Origin: a virus
Virus record (IMG/VR): IMGVR_UViG_3300009164_000047
Span: 1 to 64,000 of that record
Length of the DNA: 64,000 nt
Strand: one strand, 5' to 3'
The translations under genes and the position numbers were made by a program. Numbering within the stretch: the first letter of the stretch is position 1; the number at the start of each line of letters is the position of its first letter. Of this stretch, positions 41,958 to 51,130 are shown in pieces. The notes under the pieces are model-generated. The model was not told the DNA's origin and did not search any database. It worked only from the letters and a program-made list of their open reading frames with translations.

Positions 41958-42953
41958 ATGGCATATCAATCAACTGGATTAATTCAATCTTCAGATTACA
42001 ATACCTATCTAGGTAGTGTAACCGGAGTTACTCCAAACACAATTAATGGATTCTTTGCGACGGGGACCAGTAGATATGGATATGGACAAACTGCACTACC
42101 GCAAGTAGGCCCTACAGACAAAATTACTTCTGCACGTTGGGTCAATTTAATTAATAACATTGTTGCCGCATCTAGTCATCAAGGAACTTCAGTAACTACA
42201 ATTCCATTAACTGACTATGAAATTGGTGACACTATTATAACTAGTTTACAAGGTGGAACATCAAATAGTATTTTTGCAGTTGACATTGCAACATTGTTTA
42301 ATAACATAAATAATGCGGCTGCTCAAGGAAGTACCACTACCTATAGTTCAACTAGTACTTCTACGTGGTCAACACAAATGACTGCATTGTTCACTATTAC
42401 ATTTGCATCAGCCGATGCTACACGTTATTTCTTTAATGCAGGTGGACAAATCGCAATTAACTTATCACATCCTGCAGGATCAGGCATTAATTCATTGTGG
42501 AATACTTTGGGTACTCAGTCAGGTACGTTAGTATTAAGTGCACCTGATTCAGGTACTGTTCGTATTGCCGGTACAAACTACAATGGATTTCAGAAAGTCG
42601 GGGGTTCAGGTAGCCCATTAATTAATGCAACTAGTACAGGATACTATGCACTTAGTAGTACATGGCAAACAATGTATAAACAGGCTGCAAGTTCTGGGAT
42701 TTCAAACTATCTACAAAGCTATTTGAGTGTTAGTATGAAAACAAACGGAACTCGCGGCTCATACGGTGATAAAGGTAACATTATTTATGTTGCTGTTAAA
42801 TGGGATCAAGTCCCTGATGGTGGCTCTACTCTATTAAGTGCAGTAGGAACCACAGCAAGTCTTACAATTAGACCGCCCGCAAGTACATATATTACCAATA
42901 CATGGGGAACTCCTGCAGTTACTTATGTGATGGGTACTAATATTGGCTATTAA
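41958..42953 (+). CDS. Virion structural protein
   Basis: Thr/Ser/Gly-rich; GYGQ and RYFFNAGGQI motifs; in the structural operon. Confidence 0.6.
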   Translation: MAYQSTGLIQSSDYNTYLGSVTGVTPNTINGFFATGTSRYGYGQTALPQVGPTDKITSARWVNLINNIVAASSHQGTSVTTIPLTDYEIGDTIITSLQGGTSNSIFAVDIATLFNNINNAAAQGSTTTYSSTSTSTWSTQMTALFTITFASADATRYFFNAGGQIAINLSHPAGSGINSLWNTLGTQSGTLVLSAPDSGTVRIAGTNYNGFQKVGGSGSPLINATSTGYYALSSTWQTMYKQAASSGISNYLQSYLSVSMKTNGTRGSYGDKGNIIYVAVKWDQVPDGGSTLLSAVGTTASLTIRPPASTYITNTWGTPAVTYVMGTNIGY

Positions 42954-42977
42954 AATAAAACCATAAACAAATAATCC

Positions 42978-42985
42978 TATAAATA
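42978..42985 (+). promoter_or_regulatory. Late promoter TATAAATA (exact T4 consensus) heading the glycosyltransferase cluster
   Basis: Exact consensus 17 nt before ATG 43003, with SD GGAGGAG between them. Confidence 0.75.
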
Positions 42986-43002
42986 CTCGGAGGAGTATTA
43001 CT

Positions 43003-43308
43003 ATGGATATTGGAAATTTAATTGTAACAGCTAAAAACAGATTTAATCATAATTCTGCTAAAAAATACCTAAAAGAAAAATACGACAATAAATTGATTGT
43101 TGCAGAACAGGGTGGGTTATGGAAAATCACACCTAAATTAATTGCTATTCTTGCAATATATCCATCTAAGACATTGATACTAATGGATATGTACGATAAT
43201 CCTATAACAGTAAACAAAAATGCTTTTCTAAGCAAAGTAAGTTCAGTATACGACACTGTAATGTCTGAATACCAAGCTGAATGGGAAGAACTAAAGAATA
43301 AAAGATGA
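43003..43308 (+). CDS. Hypothetical protein
   Basis: Strong SD; ATGA overlap with the next gene. Confidence 0.75.
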   Translation: MDIGNLIVTAKNRFNHNSAKKYLKEKYDNKLIVAEQGGLWKITPKLIAILAIYPSKTLILMDMYDNPITVNKNAFLSKVSSVYDTVMSEYQAEWEELKNKR

Positions 43309-44111
43309 GTAGGGGTGCGTTACTTTTTGCCTTCAATACTGACACAGTAGATTATTTTAGTATGGCTGTGTACACGGCTAAACGCATCAATCATTTTTTA
43401 AACTTACCAGTAACCGTAATCACTGATAATATTGATAACGGACTCAATAATGATTATCAATTTGATAATATAATATACACTACTAGCGACCATACAAATT
43501 TTAAAGACAATAAAGTTTGGTTGAACAAGGGTAGATATCAAGCATTTGAAGATAGTCCTTACGATGAAACATTATTACTAGACACTGACTATATTGTCAA
43601 TTCTGATAGATTGCTATCATTGTTTTCCTACTATGATGATTTTTGCTGCCACAACTCAACCAATTATATAATGAACTCAAATGAAACACAAGAGACTATT
43701 GGTAAGCATGGCTTTAATTCATTGTGGGCAACAGTCATGTTATTCAAAAAGTCTGAAAGAGTTCATCAAATCTTCGAATGTATGAAAATGATACAAGATA
43801 ATTATGACCACTATGTAAAACTATATGGTATGTATAAAACAATGTATCGTAATGATTATTCATTGGGTATAGCACAGCATATTGTTAATGGACATGTTGA
43901 TGTTGTATCTGATTATATACCATGGGACCTACAGCATGTTGGTAAAAACATATTAGTTAAGAAGAACACCGATGCATTATTCAACACTTCATACAATATA
44001 TCATATAAACTAGATGAGCCTGACAATCAAAAGAATGAATACATCATAGTTAAAGATTTTGATTTTCATATGCTTGACAAGGATAATTTCATGGAGATTA
44101 TTAATGAATAA
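43305..44111 (+). CDS. GT-A fold glycosyltransferase (GT8-like)
   Basis: SPYDETLLLDTDYIV (DxD); RNDY; late His motif. Confidence 0.75.
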   Translation: MSRGALLFAFNTDTVDYFSMAVYTAKRINHFLNLPVTVITDNIDNGLNNDYQFDNIIYTTSDHTNFKDNKVWLNKGRYQAFEDSPYDETLLLDTDYIVNSDRLLSLFSYYDDFCCHNSTNYIMNSNETQETIGKHGFNSLWATVMLFKKSERVHQIFECMKMIQDNYDHYVKLYGMYKTMYRNDYSLGIAQHIVNGHVDVVSDYIPWDLQHVGKNILVKKNTDALFNTSYNISYKLDEPDNQKNEYIIVKDFDFHMLDKDNFMEIINE

Positions 44112-44871
44112 GAAGGGCTTTGTGATTATGGCACAAAATACAAAGTCAGTAAACTATGTAAAATGTGCAAACGTACTATCTGATAGTATTTTAAGAGTTA
44201 TGCCAGATGCTAATGTAACCATTATAACTGATAAGATGTTGCCTTACGGAGACCTAGCACCCAAGAGTACTTGGAAGTTAATCAATGATTGGCAAGTATA
44301 TGAAGCTAGTCCATATGAACATACTATTAAATTAGAAGCAGACATGATTATCCCATCTAATATAGACTATTGGTGGGGAATCTTGGCACTGAAAGATGTT
44401 GTGGTGTGCAATACTATTCGTAACTTCAAGGGTAACATATCTGATATTAAGTTCTATCGTAAATTCATATATGATAATGAATTACCTGATGTTTATAATG
44501 CTATTACTTATTTTAAAAAGAGTGAATTTGCAAAAGATTTCTTTGATACTGTTAGAACTATCTTTGAAAATTGGGAAGAATGCAAGAAAATATTAAAATG
44601 TAATATAGACGAACCTGCAACAACAGATTGGGTATATGCGTTAGCCTGTCACATACATGGAGTAGAGAACACTACTATTCCTGCATTTACTGACATGAGT
44701 ATGGTACACATGAAACAGCACATTAATGATTTGTCAACAGAAGATTGGACAAATGAACTAGTATGTGAAATATTACCACATTGTTTGCGTGTTAATACAT
44801 TTGTACAAAGTTATCCATTTCACTATCATGTAAAAAAGTTTTCAAGTATAATAGAGAAGTCTTATGGTTGA
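44104..44871 (+). CDS. GT-A fold glycosyltransferase-like paralog
   Basis: SPYEHTIKLEADMII (ExD variant); TTDWVYA; FHYH. ATG 44104 is preferred over TTG 44059. Confidence 0.7.
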   Translation: MNKKGFVIMAQNTKSVNYVKCANVLSDSILRVMPDANVTIITDKMLPYGDLAPKSTWKLINDWQVYEASPYEHTIKLEADMIIPSNIDYWWGILALKDVVVCNTIRNFKGNISDIKFYRKFIYDNELPDVYNAITYFKKSEFAKDFFDTVRTIFENWEECKKILKCNIDEPATTDWVYALACHIHGVENTTIPAFTDMSMVHMKQHINDLSTEDWTNELVCEILPHCLRVNTFVQSYPFHYHVKKFSSIIEKSYG

Positions 44872-45151
44872 GTTTAGACTATATCACGACAATGGAAAGT
44901 TTATACGTTATTCGTGTGAAGAATTAGACGGAGAATATATTGTTGTAAATGCAGAGACTTATGCCTTAGGTGATCCGCATGTACAAGTAATAGAAGGTAA
45001 GATTGAACCGCTATCTTTTGGTATGGAGTTATATAAATTAACTAAAAATAAAAAAGGTACAATATGCCCAGTAGAAGATATAGCAATTGTAGTAGATAAA
45101 TCCTACAAAGGTAAGACAAACAAATATTCATATGAACAAATTAAAAATTGA
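44864..45151 (+). CDS. Hypothetical protein
   Basis: 95-aa ORF overlapping both neighbours in the operon. Confidence 0.7.
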   Translation: MVEFRLYHDNGKFIRYSCEELDGEYIVVNAETYALGDPHVQVIEGKIEPLSFGMELYKLTKNKKGTICPVEDIAIVVDKSYKGKTNKYSYEQIKN

Positions 45152-46079
45152 TATAGCAGATTTAGATTGTATCTACCTTAGTTACGATGAACCACAGAAA
45201 GAAGAATTCTGGGTTAAGATAAAGAACATGATACCCTGGGCACGTAGAGTAGACGGTGTCAAGGGTAGCGATGCCGCACACAAGGCAGCTGCCGAAGCAA
45301 GCGATACTGAACGTTTCATATTGATTGACGGTGACAACATGCCTAACATGGAGTTCTTTAATCTTACATTAGACTTTACTGATAAAGACGAAGACTTCCA
45401 ACATGCACAATATCGTTGGAGAGCTATCAATGCTATTAACGGATTGCGCTATGGTAACGGCGGCATGAGTAGTTGGACTAAAGAATATGTAATGAACATG
45501 CGTACACATGAAGCAAGTGATGGCAACGACACACATACGATTGACTTTTGTTTAGACTATAATAACAGTTTGTATTGGAGTATGTATGATTGCTACTCAA
45601 CTACATGTCCTAACTATACACCATTTCAAGCATGGCGTGCTGGATTTCGAGAAGGCGTTAAGATGTGTTTAGTTAATGGTAAAAAACCAGACATAGAAGA
45701 TTTCAAACGCAGTGTCCCCGGACGTAACTTTAACAATTTAACTATCTGGCATAACGTCGGACTAGATGCAGAGAATGGTGATTGGGCTATATATGGTGCA
45801 AGATATGGTACTTACATGACAATGTTAGAACACTGGAATGCAAAAGATGTTCAATGGTTTGATAATCTAACTAGAATATGGGGACATATAAACGATGTAA
45901 ACCCTATAAAGAATGCAGAAAGCATTGGTGAACAACTAAGAGATAAACTAGGACTACCTATATGCACAATGAGTGCTGAACAAAGCAAGTTCTTTAAACG
46001 ACATTATAACAGTGACAAACACAATCTAGGTCCTCTAGTGCGTGAGATAGATATAATCAGAAAAATAGAAGGCTGGTAA
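45132..46079 (+). CDS. GT-A-like glycosyltransferase/nucleotide-sugar transferase
   Basis: DCIYLSYDEP..VDGVKGSDAAH..FILIDGDN (DxD)..AWRAGFREGVK. Confidence 0.7.
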   Translation: MNKLKIDIADLDCIYLSYDEPQKEEFWVKIKNMIPWARRVDGVKGSDAAHKAAAEASDTERFILIDGDNMPNMEFFNLTLDFTDKDEDFQHAQYRWRAINAINGLRYGNGGMSSWTKEYVMNMRTHEASDGNDTHTIDFCLDYNNSLYWSMYDCYSTTCPNYTPFQAWRAGFREGVKMCLVNGKKPDIEDFKRSVPGRNFNNLTIWHNVGLDAENGDWAIYGARYGTYMTMLEHWNAKDVQWFDNLTRIWGHINDVNPIKNAESIGEQLRDKLGLPICTMSAEQSKFFKRHYNSDKHNLGPLVREIDIIRKIEGW

Positions 46080-46080
46080 T

Positions 46081-47496
46081 ATGACAGACGAAGAAAAATA
46101 TGCAAAGCATATTACAAAAACACGTGACGAGTTGAATGAAGTTAGTCCTAGCTATTGTGTAGCTAAGTGGAAACAAGTCACCATGCATTTGCAGAATGGA
46201 CATACACATAGCTGTCATCACCCACGCACACACTTAGTTCCTGTAGAAGAATTAAAACAGAATTACAAAGCACTTCACAATACTTCATACAAGAAACAAC
46301 AACGTAAATTGATGTTAGAAGGTGTGCGTCCAAGTGAATGTGATTATTGCTGGCGTGCAGAAGATGCAGGTAATATTAGTGACAGAACATACAAAAGTGC
46401 TGACCACTCTTGGGCATATGGTCACTTAAAAGAACTACCTAAATTAGAATGGGACGCTGATATAGACCCTAGTTACGTTGAGATTAGTTTTAGTAGCGTA
46501 TGTAATTTTAAATGTAGCTATTGCAGTCCAAACATCAGTAGTCAATGGATGGAAGAAATTGAAAGATATGGTGCTTATCCAACAAGCAATAAGTTCAACA
46601 ATCTACAATGGTTTCAACAGAATGACCAGATACCTATACCTAACAACCAAGACAATCCATATGTAGATGCGTTCTGGAAATGGTGGCCTACTATGTATAC
46701 AGAACTAAAGCAATTTAGAATTACTGGTGGTGAGCCTTTACTAAGTAAAAACACATTTAGGGTACTTGATTATATCATTGAGAACCCTGCAAATATACAT
46801 TTAACATTTAGCGTAAACACGAACATGAATGTACCTGATGAATTATACAATAAGTTTATTGAAAAGTTAAAAATAATTCAGGAGCAGGGTAAGATTGGGA
46901 GTTTACAAATCTTTACAAGTGCAGAAGCACATGGAGCACAAGCAGAATATATACGTAACGGTATGAATTACGAACAATGGTTAAAGAATTTGCATCGTAT
47001 GATTAATGAAGTACCTAGAGTAGCAATTACAATTATGAGTACTTACAATATTCTAAGCATTCCTAGCTACCGGCAGTTCTTGCAGGATATGCTTGACATT
47101 AGATTACAGTATAGAGACATTGCATACAAAAATAACAGAAATCCTGTGACAATAGATATGCCTTATCTACGTCACCCATCTCATCAAGCAAGTTTCATTA
47201 TACCAGAATATTTGTTACATTATGTAGAAGAACAAATTAAATTTATGGAAGCACATCCCGAGCCTAGCACGCCTGGACAAGAATATACAGGCTTTTATGA
47301 AAATGAAATATATAAGTTGCGTAGAATTTACAATATTATCAAAGCAGAGATTGATTCCGGTAATGATAACACCACTAATCGTAAAGATTTTGTATCGTTT
47401 GTAGATGAACACGACCGTAGACGCGGTACTAATTTCTTAGAAACATATCCCCAACTAACACAGATGTACACCGAATGGAAAAATTTATTGACATAA
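46081..47496 (+). CDS. Radical SAM enzyme with N-terminal twitch/SPASM-like Cys cluster
   Basis: CNFKCSYC (CxxxCxxC), ITGGEP; N-terminal C..SCH..CDYC. Confidence 0.9.
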   Translation: MTDEEKYAKHITKTRDELNEVSPSYCVAKWKQVTMHLQNGHTHSCHHPRTHLVPVEELKQNYKALHNTSYKKQQRKLMLEGVRPSECDYCWRAEDAGNISDRTYKSADHSWAYGHLKELPKLEWDADIDPSYVEISFSSVCNFKCSYCSPNISSQWMEEIERYGAYPTSNKFNNLQWFQQNDQIPIPNNQDNPYVDAFWKWWPTMYTELKQFRITGGEPLLSKNTFRVLDYIIENPANIHLTFSVNTNMNVPDELYNKFIEKLKIIQEQGKIGSLQIFTSAEAHGAQAEYIRNGMNYEQWLKNLHRMINEVPRVAITIMSTYNILSIPSYRQFLQDMLDIRLQYRDIAYKNNRNPVTIDMPYLRHPSHQASFIIPEYLLHYVEEQIKFMEAHPEPSTPGQEYTGFYENEIYKLRRIYNIIKAEIDSGNDNTTNRKDFVSFVDEHDRRRGTNFLETYPQLTQMYTEWKNLLT

Positions 47497-49814
47497 AGCG
47501 CCGCAAAGAATTGTTTGACCAGGGGTACTGGGAAGTACCTGATGGATTGAATACTGCTATGTTTGATTTTAAATGGCGTCCTGATCCTATGGATAGACCT
47601 TATATACATCAATTTGGCACACAATGGCAAAAGACGGGAGGTCCACGTTTTGTAATACCGGAGAATGAAGGTATAAAGTATCAAGACTGTCAAATAGCAA
47701 TAAAAAATTCTGACCATAACAATCGTTGCTGGAGACCAATATTAGCTAACTGTACAATTGACTTTAGCTGGCACCCAGATGATACTGAGCCGCCATACAT
47801 ATATGTCTTTTATAATCAATGGCATGATTCACCTACGTATCAATATCGTGTGCCGGGTGCTACTGATAAAAAATATATTACAAATCTTAGAGCGTATCTA
47901 CTACCGGAGAAAGAATACTGGGAAGTGCCGGATGACATTGATGAAAGTAAGTTTGATTTTAGTTGGAGACCAAACCCAGAAGAACCTCCCATGATTCATC
48001 AGTTTGGCACACAGTGGCAAAAGACGGGCGGTCCTAGATATATGATTGAAGGTGCAACAGAAACAAAATATGTTGACACACTAAAAGCAATTAAATTACC
48101 ACAGATGCGTAATTGGCGAATACTAGAAGAAATAGAAACAGATAAGTTTGACTTTAGTTGGCATCCAGACAATACAGAGCCACCTATGATGTATGAGTTT
48201 GGTACACAGTGGCAAATAGCTGGTGGACCTATCTATGTAACAAAAGGTAGCACCCAAACGAAATATTGCGGTGATCAAATTGCTATTCGCATATCAATAG
48301 AAGATAGATGCTATAGACCATTAGTATCTAATTTACAGTTTGATTATAGCTGGCATCCCGATCCTAATGAGCCTCCATACATATATGTATTCGGTAATCA
48401 ATGGTATGATGCAGAAGTAATGCCCACACTATTATATCGTGTAAAAGATGCAACAGAAAAGAAATACGTAACAAATGTCAAAGCTAAGTTAACTGAAAAG
48501 ATGGATAACTGGGTTACTCCCGATGATGTAGATTTCACTGTATTTGATTATAGCTGGTGCCCACATCCCGGTGAGCCACCACTAATACATCAGTTTGGTA
48601 CACAATGGCAACGCAGTGGCGGACCTGCATACATAGCAAAAGATGCTAATGGTATAAAGTATGAAGATGTAATCAAATCAATTAAGAAACCTAATATACG
48701 CAATTGGCGAATCATTGAACCTATCGACAAAGATACATTTGACTTTAGTTGGCATCCTGATGCTACAGAAGAAAACTACAATCATGTATTTGGAACTAAG
48801 TTTCATACACCTGAGATATTACCCGCATTAATGTATCGTGGACATGATGATGCTAGAAACAATAAGTATAGCAATGACCTACAAGCAGATTTGCAGATAG
48901 AAAAGGTTATCTATGAGGACAGTATCTTTGATGCATGTAAGGATCACAAGTTCTCTACTGCATACGCACATTTTATTAAGAGTACAAATAGTAACTACCT
49001 ACATGAGTTGATTAAGGCTGATAATGTAAGTGTACATTTGTTTCCTAGTGAAGCAATTGTCCCAAAAGATGCAGTACAATACATGTACGACAAATTATCA
49101 GATTATGATTATGTAGTTGAACATAACTTTGACGAAACAATAAAACCATTAGATGTTATATTCTTTAGCAACGGAGAAGCATGTGCGGAAGAAAACTATG
49201 AGCATTTGTTATCACTTGGTATATTGAATAGAATCATACGTATTGACGGTGTTAAAGGTCGTGTAGCAAGTCAACATGCGGCTGCCAATGCCAGTAATAC
49301 ACCTTGGTATTTTTTAGTCAATGCTAAACTAAAAGTCAGAGAAAACTTTGACTTTAATTGGCAACCTAACATACACAAATCACGCAGACATTATATCTTT
49401 ACTGCTACTAATCCAATAAACAAATTAGAGTATGGACATCAAGCTATTGTTGCAAACAATAAGAAACTTACACTGAATACAGTTGTTCGTGGATTAGACT
49501 ACACTATGGATAGCAAGACAGAAGTATTGTCGGTTAATTCTGGTGTTAGTACATTCAATTCTAGTCCATGGGATACATGGCGCACCGCATTCAGAGAAGT
49601 TATTAAATTGAAACACTATACTGATGTTGATTCAAAACGTAGACTAGATGCTTGGTTGACTATTAAAAATGGGTTGTTTGGTGATTACAGTATTAAGGGT
49701 GCAACTGATGCTGTTAAATATTATGAGGAAGTTGATGGTGCTATGGATAAACTTATGTTATCCTACGATTGGGAATGGTTAGAACAGAGATATTACAAAT
49801 GTTTAAAAAATTAG
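47475..49814 (+). CDS. Tandem-repeat protein (7 x FDFSWxP..FGTQW) fused to a degenerate GT-A domain
   Basis: Seven ~65-aa repeats. The C-terminal domain parallels 45132-46079 (IDGVKG..H, WRTAFRE) but has NAK in place of DGD. Confidence 0.7.
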   Translation: MEKFIDIKRRKELFDQGYWEVPDGLNTAMFDFKWRPDPMDRPYIHQFGTQWQKTGGPRFVIPENEGIKYQDCQIAIKNSDHNNRCWRPILANCTIDFSWHPDDTEPPYIYVFYNQWHDSPTYQYRVPGATDKKYITNLRAYLLPEKEYWEVPDDIDESKFDFSWRPNPEEPPMIHQFGTQWQKTGGPRYMIEGATETKYVDTLKAIKLPQMRNWRILEEIETDKFDFSWHPDNTEPPMMYEFGTQWQIAGGPIYVTKGSTQTKYCGDQIAIRISIEDRCYRPLVSNLQFDYSWHPDPNEPPYIYVFGNQWYDAEVMPTLLYRVKDATEKKYVTNVKAKLTEKMDNWVTPDDVDFTVFDYSWCPHPGEPPLIHQFGTQWQRSGGPAYIAKDANGIKYEDVIKSIKKPNIRNWRIIEPIDKDTFDFSWHPDATEENYNHVFGTKFHTPEILPALMYRGHDDARNNKYSNDLQADLQIEKVIYEDSIFDACKDHKFSTAYAHFIKSTNSNYLHELIKADNVSVHLFPSEAIVPKDAVQYMYDKLSDYDYVVEHNFDETIKPLDVIFFSNGEACAEENYEHLLSLGILNRIIRIDGVKGRVASQHAAANASNTPWYFLVNAKLKVRENFDFNWQPNIHKSRRHYIFTATNPINKLEYGHQAIVANNKKLTLNTVVRGLDYTMDSKTEVLSVNSGVSTFNSSPWDTWRTAFREVIKLKHYTDVDSKRRLDAWLTIKNGLFGDYSIKGATDAVKYYEEVDGAMDKLMLSYDWEWLEQRYYKCLKN

Positions 49815-50353
49815 ATTTTACATTGGATATTGATTTTGATAGAATAAAAAATGACCAAATGATGGAATCATATGGTGATACATTTTTTAGTTATCCATTA
49901 AAAGATGTAGAATACTTCAATGATATATTGTCACGCAGTATCAAATTAAATCTACAACCATACGCCATAAACTATACTGAAATATCAAAAGAAGGCGCAG
50001 GCCCACATTCTGATGGTCCCATCGTTGCACTTAATTATTACCTTAAAACAAATGGTGAAGCTACACTGTTCTGGGAACCAAAAGTATCTAACATAAAAGT
50101 ATTACCTCCTATTCAGGGTCTAGATGGCGGTCCTATTAATTACAATACGTCTGTAGTTGGGTTTGAATCTAGTGAATTAAAATTGAGCAATTATTTTGTA
50201 GCCAAACCAAATGATGCGTATTTAATTGATGCATCATTTATACATTCAATTATAAAAAGAGACCATACTATTGTTCGCAGATTTATTAGATTTTTTTGGG
50301 AAAATGCTACATTCGATGAAGTATTAAATAGCATTGAAATACTACCAAAATAG
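49799..50353 (+). CDS. 2OG-Fe(II) oxygenase/cupin-like protein
   Basis: PHSD (HxD), ALNYY, IHSI, distal R. ATG 49799 is preferred. Confidence 0.6.
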   Translation: MFKKLDFTLDIDFDRIKNDQMMESYGDTFFSYPLKDVEYFNDILSRSIKLNLQPYAINYTEISKEGAGPHSDGPIVALNYYLKTNGEATLFWEPKVSNIKVLPPIQGLDGGPINYNTSVVGFESSELKLSNYFVAKPNDAYLIDASFIHSIIKRDHTIVRRFIRFFWENATFDEVLNSIEILPK

Positions 50354-50392
50354 TTGACCATAACTAAATACTATGATACAATAGGAACTGTT

Positions 50393-50542
50393 ATGGAACT
50401 AATACGATACAGAGATGCGGGTATGAATACATATACTTGGTTTTATGTAAATGAAAAGAAACATTGTATTAGTCCTTTTTTTGATAGTGAGCAAGAAGCC
50501 AAAGACTGGTTTGAAAAAGTCTTTGACGAAATACAAGAGTAA
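50393..50542 (+). CDS. Small hypothetical protein
   Basis: AGGA SD precedes ATG 50393; the track gives an alternative TTG start at 50354. Motif SPFFDSEQEAKDW. Confidence 0.6.
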   Translation: MELIRYRDAGMNTYTWFYVNEKKHCISPFFDSEQEAKDWFEKVFDEIQE

Positions 50543-50548
50543 GGTTTT

Positions 50549-50650
50549 ATGTTTGAAAATTGGCATTGGGTTTATATGTGGGGCATTTTAGTTGTAGCCA
50601 ACTATATGTTCTGGATAGTAAAAAGTCTTTTTGACAACGTGAAAGAGTAA
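50549..50650 (+). CDS. Unannotated 33-aa single-TM protein (MFENWHWVYMWGILVVANYMFWIVKSLFDNVKE)
   Basis: TAAGG SD overlaps the preceding stop; hydrophobic, Trp-rich core; fills the gap exactly. Confidence 0.6.
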   Translation: MFENWHWVYMWGILVVANYMFWIVKSLFDNVKE

Positions 50651-51060
50651 GTTATTGCTGTATGAAGCAAAGAGAAAAGTGTTCTGGACGGGGGTGCGAA
50701 TCCCCCCAGGTCCACCATAAGGAAGTTTGTGAAAAGTAAAAGTAAGTTCAGTCGTTTTAATCTTAAAGGCAACATTATGTGGTGCCTAAATTTGCGTAAC
50801 GGATGGGTAAGAATTTACAACACTATAATTCGTTGGAATACCGATTGGACAACTAATTATAGATACTTTTCAATAGAACAAATAAAAGTTTCTTTATGAT
50901 GGGCCTGCATAGTTTCGACAGGGCAAGTAGTAACAGAGTGGACAGCACGGTAGGCGATGACCGTTAATCAAGCAAAAAAAGTAAACGCAAACGACTCACA
51001 GTTCGCATTAGCAGCCTAAACACTGCTTAGGGTAAGACATACCTCGTAACAGAAAATCAG
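50651..51060 (+). ncRNA. ssrA: Circularly permuted (two-piece) tmRNA
   Basis: Acceptor piece ~50651-50717 (T-arm GGGGG-TGCGAAT-CCCCC, then CAGGTCC-A-CCA) lies upstream of the coding piece, which starts GGGCCTG at 50901. They form a 7-bp acceptor stem with G3-U70. D-loop TTCGAC; tag ORF 50987-51019 encodes ANDSQFALAA*. Confidence 0.95.
50729..50899 (+). CDS. 56-aa basic/aromatic ORF inside the tmRNA intervening segment
   Basis: SD TAAGGA 50718-50723, GTG 50729, TGA 50897-50899. Fills the segment between CCA and the 5' G almost exactly. Confidence 0.6.
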   Translation: MKSKSKFSRFNLKGNIMWCLNLRNGWVRIYNTIIRWNTDWTTNYRYFSIEQIKVSL

Positions 51061-51087
51061 AAAAGGCTCTTAGGAGCCTTTTTCTTT
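51061..51087 (+). terminator. Intrinsic terminator of tmRNA
   Basis: AAAAGGCTC-TTAG-GAGCCTTTT followed by a T-tract. Confidence 0.9.
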
Positions 51088-51130
51088 GGCATAATTTTTC
51101 TAATAAATACTATATTAAATAGGATAAATT

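Noticed and set aside
46081-47496. Radical SAM enzyme as PqqE partner of pqqA
   Set aside because: Its extra Cys cluster is N-terminal rather than a C-terminal SPASM domain, it lies ~7.5 kb away inside the GT operon, and no PqqD is visible.
50684-50717. Stand-alone tRNA or attachment-site fragment
   Set aside because: It pairs with GGGCCTG at 50901 and is explained as the tmRNA acceptor piece.
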